Source of the DNA: Candidatus Latescibacterota bacterium
Lineage (GTDB): Bacteria; Latescibacterota; UBA2968; GCA-2709665
Length of the DNA stretch: 64,000 bases
Assembly: GCA_965203805.1 (NCBI GenBank)
Contig: OZ241917.1
Location: 2,592,001 to 2,656,000, forward strand
Direction of reading: 5' to 3'
Under the pieces are notes generated by a model. The model ran no database searches. It worked only from the letters and a program-made list of their open reading frames with translations, and had not been told where the DNA came from. The position numbers and the translations under genes were made by a program. Of the stretch, positions 38,962-46,376 are shown in pieces (the stretch's first letter is position 1; the number at the start of each line of letters is the position of its first letter).

Positions 38962-40271
38962 GGAACCTCTGATCAACCAGAGGGAATGAGCAAGTTGTAA
39001 CTTATGGGTCGTTTCGGAGGCTGTTTATGTTGAGAGGGTCGTCATCTTTCGGGTTTGCACGGGTGATTCCGGCCCCGGATGCGCTCGGTGCCGGCCATTT
39101 TGGCCGCCAGCGTCCGAATTGGAGGCACGGGTGCCTATGTAGTAGCCAGTTCCTGACGTGCCATATGGAAGTTAGCCAAGGCAAACAAGGTGAACAGATG
39201 CGCCGTATTCTTCGCCAGACCGCGATACCTGACCTTTCGGTAGCCCCACAGGTGTTTGATGATCCCAAAGGGATGTTCCCTGTCTGCGTGCGTGAGACAG
39301 CACGCACAGGCAGGGACCCGTGCGCGCGTGCGATTGCTCTTCTTGTTGAACGAAACATCCGCGCAGTTGAGCCGCTTGCCCCGGCGGGCCTTGCGAAGCA
39401 CTCGCCATTCCACGTCGTTGGCTTCGGCCCGTTCTTTTCGCGTCTGATCCGCATAGGCCTTGTCGCCGTAGATGGTCTTTTCTTTTCCGTGCAGACAGGC
39501 ATCCATCGCCTGCGAATCATGCACCGAAGCGGGGGTGGTCACCACACTGTGCACCCGTCCCTTCACATCCGCGCCCACGTGCGCCTTCATGCCGAAATGC
39601 CACGTGTTGCCCTTCTTCGTGCTGGCCATTTCAGGATCCCGTTTCCGATCCTTGTTCTTCGTCGAAGAAGGCGCGTGAATGATCGTGGCATCCACGATCG
39701 TGCCTTCGTTCACGATCAATCCCCGCCTGGACAAGTAGCGCTTCGTTTGCCGAAACAACGCTTCCGTCAACCCATGGTGCTCCAGAAAGTGACGGAATTT
39801 GCAGATCGTCGTCTCATCAGGTACGCCGTTGATGTTCACACCCGCAAAGCCCTGCCTGCAGCAGGCAGGGACGCATCGACTCCACGTCGTAGAGACTGTC
39901 TTCCATTCCCGGATCGCTCAATCCATACCATTGTTGCATAAAGTAGATACGCAGCATCACCTCCGCACCGATCGGACGACCTGCCTGCGCCGACTCGGCA
40001 GGCAGGCGACCGTTGCCAGGTTTCGGATACTTCCTCTCAATCGATTTAAGCAGTATCTCCCACGGCAACACCGCATCCATCTCTTTCAGAAAACGTTCCC
40101 TGCGCGTCTGCTTCTTCTTCGTCCTGTACGCCAGATCCGAAAAACTCATTTGTTTCATCCCTGGGCCCCTCGTTCTATGTCGATCCATCAGAAATCACAA
40201 CACGACGGCTCACGCTCCAATTCTACGACTTTCTGCATGGCGTGCCAATAGGTAACTTAATCAGAGCTTCC
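38962..40271 (-). mobile_element. IS5-family element, complete with TIRs and 4-bp TSD
   Basis: TIR GGAA(C/G)CTCTGAT(C/T)AA at both ends; TCAA duplicated at 38958-38961 and 40272-40275. Confidence 0.9.
39135..40158 (-). pseudogene. IS5 transposase interrupted by three micro-palindromes (39279-39314, 39851-39869, 39980-40006)
   Basis: TRRERFL, PDETT, IVDATII, WHFGMKAH, GDKAY; the 19-bp insert causes the frameshift. Confidence 0.9.
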
Positions 40272-41845
40272 TCAAATAGATCAGCTTGCTTTGCCCGGCG
40301 CCGTGTAGCCCACTCGGGAAACAACTCGGCAACAGAATTCGCGGGGACATTTGCCAACTCCTTTGGCTCTAGCTTATGCAGTCCGCCTCCGTAGACGCGA
40401 CCCTCCCCGAGCATCACCCCCGGAGAGATTTCGTTCAGGAACTCCCACACCTGTCGCTTTAGTATGGGCATTTCCTGGATGGCGCGATTTAAGGGTTCTT
40501 TCGGGTACAACATCAAATACACGTTTGCGGCCGTTGCCTTGGAATTGTTCAATATGAAACGAAACGGCCTTCCGCTCTTCCTGTCGCTTCGGCCCAGATA
40601 GGTACAGACGTACGGAGCCGGCGGCCGGTATTCCTGTCTGTACCAAAGCGCACGATGCCGACAGATATAGCGATCACTTACGCCCTCCGCCTTGCCTTCC
40701 TCCAGATACGTCCAAAGACTTGGATAACGTTTCTTGATTTCGCTTTCCATCCACGGTGGATCGAGCAGGAACAATCGCAGTTTGAGAAGCGGATTGCCCA
40801 TTCGATCGCCCTCGACTTCGTCCTCGGGCACATATCTCGGGCTAGGAAGGATTGGCTTGAATGCATCCATAGGCAGCTGGCGCTGATGGATCTGCTCGGC
40901 TGACAGGATGAAATAGCTGTTGTTACCCGTAGCCAAACCCCGTTTTATCTCGAAAAAGTCACCCAGCACCGGTCCATCGGCTGCTTCATGGTTCTGACTC
41001 TTAGGATAACGTGTCCATTTTGGCTCACGGCGCAAAGTCTCGAGAGGAACCAATCGATCCAACACCGGTTGTTCTAGTGTTCCGCCATAGGTGAACCGAA
41101 CTTGATGCTGTGGTCGAGGAGGTTCGTTCCGGAACCACACCACAGCCGACGACACAAGCGCATCGCAGAATTGCACGTCATTCGGATCGAAGCGGTGAAT
41201 GTGATGAAGCGTCACCTTGTCGAGCAGGTAGCGCTTCACCGCTACCCCGTACTTCACGTCCATGAATTCGCTGGGGATCAACCAGCCAGCCAGCCCGCCG
41301 GCGGTCATCCACATATGACTTATGCAGAGGAAATAGCAATAAAGCCCGGCCAGACCGTTAATTTTCACGCCGGAAGCGGCTTGCGCGCGCGACCTTAACA
41401 GCTTTTTCTCCCCACTGTCAATATGGTGGTGCCGCACATAGGGCGGATTACAGATCAGCAGGTTGAACCGATCGGAAGCCTCTGGCGCATCGGCCCGCGT
41501 GAAGTCTTCCAATATAATTTCCAGACCCGTCTTGCCCCACAGCGTCGTTGCCGGCCTGCCGTAATGCGGATCTATCTCATATCCAATGGCAGCGTCGATA
41601 CGGGCTTGGGAAAACGCGTGCAGCAGCGCCGAATAGAAAGCGCCAGTCCCGATAGCCGGGTCGATGAAACGCAATCTCTCGTTCTTGCCGAGACGCGCCT
41701 TCGCGTATCGCTGAATATCGACAGCAAGGCTGGTTGGTGTAGCGAACTGCCCCATTCTGTTTCGTACGGCTGCGTCTCTTCTCGCATCCAGTTCTTCCTG
41801 AAGTGCCAGCCGCCGAGTCTCTAATCCTGCAACCGCCATATTCAT
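40223..41845 (-). CDS. N6-adenine DNA methyltransferase (Eco57I/TaqI-like) of a type II RM pair
   Basis: GQFATP, DPAIGTG, NPPY; C-terminus runs into the IS5 end. Confidence 0.9.
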   Translation of the reverse strand: MNMAVAGLETRRLALQEELDARRDAAVRNRMGQFATPTSLAVDIQRYAKARLGKNERLRFIDPAIGTGAFYSALLHAFSQARIDAAIGYEIDPHYGRPATTLWGKTGLEIILEDFTRADAPEASDRFNLLICNPPYVRHHHIDSGEKKLLRSRAQAASGVKINGLAGLYCYFLCISHMWMTAGGLAGWLIPSEFMDVKYGVAVKRYLLDKVTLHHIHRFDPNDVQFCDALVSSAVVWFRNEPPRPQHQVRFTYGGTLEQPVLDRLVPLETLRREPKWTRYPKSQNHEAADGPVLGDFFEIKRGLATGNNSYFILSAEQIHQRQLPMDAFKPILPSPRYVPEDEVEGDRMGNPLLKLRLFLLDPPWMESEIKKRYPSLWTYLEEGKAEGVSDRYICRHRALWYRQEYRPPAPYVCTYLGRSDRKSGRPFRFILNNSKATAANVYLMLYPKEPLNRAIQEMPILKRQVWEFLNEISPGVMLGEGRVYGGGLHKLEPKELANVPANSVAELFPEWATRRRAKQADLFEEALIKLPIGTPCRKS

Positions 41846-41848
41846 AAT

Positions 41849-42814
41849 CTACAATCCAAGCTCGCCGAGGTCGTTGATACGATGCTCCCAGACCCAGTCA
41901 ATGCCTTTCGCCGCCTCATAGCCGAGATAGCCGCTATCAAAATACCCGCACAGAAACAGAATGTAGCGCACGTTGTTCCCATAGGTCTGGCGAAGTTGGT
42001 TCATCTTGGTCGCTTCTTCTTTACGTCGCTTGTTGACATTCGTGAAATCACCCGCCGATTTTGCTTCAATCAGTATTGGTAAGTCCGCTGTCTTCGCCCC
42101 TTTGGGCTTCACAACCGCGTCCACAGGAATATTGATCGTCTCTCCGATCCCCTCCTGCTCAACCGGCACATTTAGCCGGAACGAGCAGGTTCCAGGACGC
42201 ATGGCGTCATACTTCGTACCACTACCCGTCGGCAGGTTTTCATACCTGAGTGCCTTTAACCATTTGTCAATCGCGGCAAGCTGACGTTTTTCCTGCGCAT
42301 TTCGGATGATTGGATTGGCAACGGCTCCGCACAAGCGATCAGCAACGATCGTCGCCGCCCGGTAGAATTCCTGTTCGGACGGATTGTCCCTACGTTCCAA
42401 CCAGACAAAGACATCCGGATCAGCCATCTTCTCGATGACCCTTGCAATCTTCTCAAGCTCGCCGTTCAGCTTCCGACCCGGCATTCGTGGCGGGAGTCTC
42501 TTATCTTTTTTCATCGATCTGACCAGGTTCTTAGAGACGCCGGAAAGGCCGATCAGCCGGTCCACGGCCAAAGGCGGGCACGTCGACATGCGTAATGACG
42601 GCAACACCGACGGTTTCGATCTCAGCAGTTCCACTCCGACATACGTTAAGTTCTTCGTCGCTTCAAGGGTCGCCTCGACGTCCTTAGCGGTTTGCGTCCG
42701 TGTAGCACGGTAAGCCTCCGGTGCAAAGCGCATAAACCAGTCGTTGAACATGTCCACCGACTGCGCAATGTCCTCTTTCCACCGGTCCGGTTTATCTCTG
42801 TTGATGGCCATCAA
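41849..42814 (-). CDS. XamI-family restriction endonuclease
   Basis: NPIIRNAQEKRQL, PVD..IEAKSAGDFTNVNKRRKEE (PD-(D/E)XK); 3 bp upstream of the MTase. Confidence 0.8.
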   Translation of the reverse strand: MMAINRDKPDRWKEDIAQSVDMFNDWFMRFAPEAYRATRTQTAKDVEATLEATKNLTYVGVELLRSKPSVLPSLRMSTCPPLAVDRLIGLSGVSKNLVRSMKKDKRLPPRMPGRKLNGELEKIARVIEKMADPDVFVWLERRDNPSEQEFYRAATIVADRLCGAVANPIIRNAQEKRQLAAIDKWLKALRYENLPTGSGTKYDAMRPGTCSFRLNVPVEQEGIGETINIPVDAVVKPKGAKTADLPILIEAKSAGDFTNVNKRRKEEATKMNQLRQTYGNNVRYILFLCGYFDSGYLGYEAAKGIDWVWEHRINDLGELGL

Positions 42815-43021
42815 TCCTTCTACCTTTTCTGAACTCCCAGCTTTGCGTGCCGGTAATGTCCCATCGTCTCATCACAAAGTTCCATCTGGTACGCACTTCG
42901 GATTGCGAATCACTTCTGATCTCGACCGCTGCTGCTCCGGCAGCCTTATTCTTACTTCCTCCGTGGACATCCGACCCGACAGGTCGGCCGGGCGCGTCTG
43001 GCGATTCCGTCCGTCAGGCAA

Positions 43022-43954
43022 TCACAGTTCGCGCAACAGACGATCGGCAACGGTGTAAGGATCGTCCTCTTCGGCCCGGATGTCTGCCGCCGCCCTGTCA
43101 AGAGACTCCGGCGACAGCGCTGCACTGAATCGGAGACGGAGCAGCGCCTCGACGCGCTCCTTTACTTCACGCCGGATCTGCCGCTCCCGAAGAACCGCCA
43201 GCCTGTCTTCCGCTTTCAGGTGACACGAGTACGCCCGGAGCGCTTCGTACAGCTCCCCGACGCCGTTGCCGCGCGTGCCCACCGTGCGCACGAGCCGCGT
43301 TTCCCAGCCATCGACCTTGCCGCGGGCGTGAAGGGATTCCGCGAGTTCTCCCGCCAATCCGGCAGCGCCGGGACGGTCGGACTTGTTCAGGGCAATCACG
43401 TCCGCAATTTCCATCACGCCCGCTTTCAGCACCTGGATTTCGTCGCCGGACTCCGGCACGAGGGTCAGCACGACGGCATCGACGCACCAGGTCACATCCA
43501 CGTCGGTCTGCCCGACCCCTGCGGTCTCGACGAGCACCACGTCCTTCCCCATCGCCTCCATCACCCGGATCGCGTCGCGCGCCGCGCGGCACAGCCCGCC
43601 CGGCAGACCCTCGTTCCCCATGCTTCGAATAAACACCGACGGATCGCCCGACAGTTCCTGCATCCGAATCCGGTCGCCCAGCAGGGCGCCGCCGGAAAAC
43701 GGGCTGGCGATATCCACGGCCAGAACGCCCACCGCCCTTCCGGCTTCCCGAAAGCGCGTTGCGAGACAGGCCGCGAGCGTACTCTTGCCCGCCCCGGGCG
43801 GGCCGGTGATGCCGATCCGGTAAGCGTCGCCCGTTGAAGGGTACAGGGCCGCAAGCAGGGGCGCCGCGTCGTTCTCGCGTCGCTCGATGAGCGAAATGGC
43901 GCGCGCCGCGGCGCGGACGTCACCCTTCAGCACCCGTCCGGCCAGGTCTCTCAT
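43022..43954 (-). CDS. meaB: MeaB/ArgK GTPase chaperone of B12-dependent mutase
   Basis: GITGPPGAGKST, GGALLGDRIRM, ETAGVGQ, NKSD. Confidence 0.92.
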   Translation of the reverse strand: MRDLAGRVLKGDVRAAARAISLIERRENDAAPLLAALYPSTGDAYRIGITGPPGAGKSTLAACLATRFREAGRAVGVLAVDIASPFSGGALLGDRIRMQELSGDPSVFIRSMGNEGLPGGLCRAARDAIRVMEAMGKDVVLVETAGVGQTDVDVTWCVDAVVLTLVPESGDEIQVLKAGVMEIADVIALNKSDRPGAAGLAGELAESLHARGKVDGWETRLVRTVGTRGNGVGELYEALRAYSCHLKAEDRLAVLRERQIRREVKERVEALLRLRFSAALSPESLDRAAADIRAEEDDPYTVADRLLREL

Positions 43955-44346
43955 TTCACGGCTTCCCGGAGACACGCGATGATATCGCCGGTATGGGTCC
44001 CGGGCCCCCAGAAGAATGCCAGCCCTCTCGCCTTCAGCGCCTCCCGGTCCGCCGGCGAGATGATGCCGCCGCCCACCACCAGGATGTCGTCCGCGCCCCG
44101 CTCCCGGAGGCGGTCCATCACTTTCGGGAAGATCGTGAGATGGGCCCCCGAGAGAGAGCTGATCCCCAGCACGTCCACGTCTTCCTGGATCGCGGTGTTC
44201 ACCACCTCGTCCGCGGTGCGGTGCAGACCCGTATAGATAACCTCAATTCCCGCGTCCCGCAGCGCGCGCGCCACCACCTTCGCGCCGCGGTCGTGCCCGT
44301 CCAGGCCCACTTTCGCAATCAGAACCCGTATTTTGCGACCGGACAT
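43951..44346 (-). CDS. Cobalamin-binding subunit of methylmalonyl-CoA mutase family
   Basis: GLDGHDRG (DxHxxG), SSLSGAH, GGGII. Confidence 0.92.
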   Translation of the reverse strand: MSGRKIRVLIAKVGLDGHDRGAKVVARALRDAGIEVIYTGLHRTADEVVNTAIQEDVDVLGISSLSGAHLTIFPKVMDRLRERGADDILVVGGGIISPADREALKARGLAFFWGPGTHTGDIIACLREAVK

Positions 44347-45095
44347 TTCGACTCCCGGACCTGAGCTTGTTCCTTAGTATTACTCGTGGCTAACCCACCG
44401 AGTACAAGCATCTATTCTTCAGCAATTCAAGCCGCCCAACCTGCTCGCCCAAGACGGAAGCGCGATTGAGTCGGGTTTCTTTTCCTATTTTTGGCTTGTT
44501 CAACGCGAAAGCGTTGTCCAATGCACGGCCGCAATTCCGGTCACCCGAAATATCAGTCCGACAGGAGTGCCAGAGTATCCGGATCGTATCGGTGAACCCC
44601 CTTCACCCTGATGCTGACGCCGTGTGGCAGGAAGTCACCGGCAAGCGGTTCGCTTGCTAGCTCAACGTCGAACCGGTCCGAATCGATGATCGAAAACTGC
44701 AGGCGGTGGTTGTCCGCAGGCCGATGTTTTCGTCGGCGGGGACGAGATTTTTCACGCTGACGGGGATTAAAGAGATGAATCGTGTAATAGACGAATTCAC
44801 AGGGAGATCACGGGCGGTTGCCTAGAACGACGCTATGTATAATCCGGAATCCTGACATTACGAAGAAGCGGCTCAGACTCCGCCGACAACCCGGAAACCA
44901 TCGTCAAGAAAATACCATCGGTTGCGTCCGTAGTACTTTCGGGGATCGGGCACATTGGAGGGGCAAATGGCGGCAGAGACACCGCTAGAGAATCTGACGC
45001 GCGGCAGAGCGGCAGATGGCTGGCATCGGCATGATGGATGTTCTTGTGGCACACACTTTCGGCGGAATTCTCCTGTATCGACACCGCCACGTCGA

Positions 45096-46373
45096 CTAGC
45101 CTACTGCGGACGCTGACGTTTGCTCCCTCTCCAACTCTACCTCTCCGTGCTCCTTCCAAAGCCGAACAACGAAGCGATCGTCCTGCTCTTCGAGGTCCGG
45201 TTCCGTGCCGTTATGCAGCCGCATCGATTCGATGATCCGGTTGCGAACCCCCATTCCCTGGTGTTCGACGTAGCGGTAGTCGCGGAGAATCTCCTTGAGC
45301 AACTCGTTGCGGGCCACCCGAACGACCCCCTCCCTCATCTTCTCCACGGTGACACCGTTCGGAAGCCGACCCGGAGAGATGACTTCGAGCCGATCGCTAT
45401 ACAACGAGACCTCGATGTCGGTGCCTTCGCGCGCGTAGTCACGATGCGCCACCGCGTTCACCACCGCTTCCCGTACCGCTTCGAGCGGGAAAGCCTCCTT
45501 GCGGCGGCGGCGGGCGTCTTCGAGCCACGCTTTGCTACCCATGTTGCGTTTCACGAAATCCACCGTGCGGTCGATCACACCTTTTTCGACCGCCGCACTA
45601 CATTTGGAGATGATTGAGACAAGCGGTCCGCGGATCCGCTCTTCGTCATTCATGTTGTAGTCCTTCTCTACGCCCGGGAACGCCGCTGCCGTCACGCCAG
45701 CCTGCGGCAGACGGCGGTTCGGGTTCTCGCCGAACAACAGAAGACCGGCCGCCGATGCGAGCAATTGATCTCCCACGGCTACCAGAAAGTCCGAATTGAG
45801 CAAAAGTCGCCGCCAGCTCTCAACGTCGGCGCGACCCGGGGCGGATCGGTTCAAGATCTCAACAAAGTAATTCTCAATCCTATCAAAGTCGAGGCACTCC
45901 AGTCCCATATCCGGTACCGCCTTTATCTCGTATCGAACCAGACGGGCGGCCTGATAGAGTCTGGCTTCCTCCTCTCGTGTGGCCCTGTTTGATTCACTGC
46001 CGACACGCGTGAACGAGACCCACGCCCCCCCTCGCCTTGCCTTGTGAGGTTTGCCGGGACTGTCGGCGGGAAGCTCGACTACGCCCACAATGCTGCCGTC
46101 TTCCATCGTTATGGAAGTCCATACCGGCGTCGTTGGCGGTTGAAGGTTGTTTCGAGCAATATTCATCACCCACTCCTCCGCCGTCTCGCGGTTCCGGGTC
46201 AGTCCGGTTATTCGCTGGTCCTTCTCCACGCCAAGCAGAATGATGCCTCCCTCAAGGTTCAGCAACGCCGACATCTCCTTCGCAAGAGAATCGGGATGAC
46301 AGTCGTCGCGTTTGAATTCAACCCTCGAGTTCTCGTCATTGGCGATGAGTTCGAGTAGTTCCGTTTTGTTCAT
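45096..46373 (-). CDS. Schlafen/AlbA_2 + HATPase_c_4 protein (no wHTH)
   Basis: ENSRVEFK, NLEGG, GVEKD, REAVVNAVAHRDY. Confidence 0.85.
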   Translation of the reverse strand: MNKTELLELIANDENSRVEFKRDDCHPDSLAKEMSALLNLEGGIILLGVEKDQRITGLTRNRETAEEWVMNIARNNLQPPTTPVWTSITMEDGSIVGVVELPADSPGKPHKARRGGAWVSFTRVGSESNRATREEEARLYQAARLVRYEIKAVPDMGLECLDFDRIENYFVEILNRSAPGRADVESWRRLLLNSDFLVAVGDQLLASAAGLLLFGENPNRRLPQAGVTAAAFPGVEKDYNMNDEERIRGPLVSIISKCSAAVEKGVIDRTVDFVKRNMGSKAWLEDARRRRKEAFPLEAVREAVVNAVAHRDYAREGTDIEVSLYSDRLEVISPGRLPNGVTVEKMREGVVRVARNELLKEILRDYRYVEHQGMGVRNRIIESMRLHNGTEPDLEEQDDRFVVRLWKEHGEVELEREQTSASAVG

Positions 46374-46376
46374 CGT

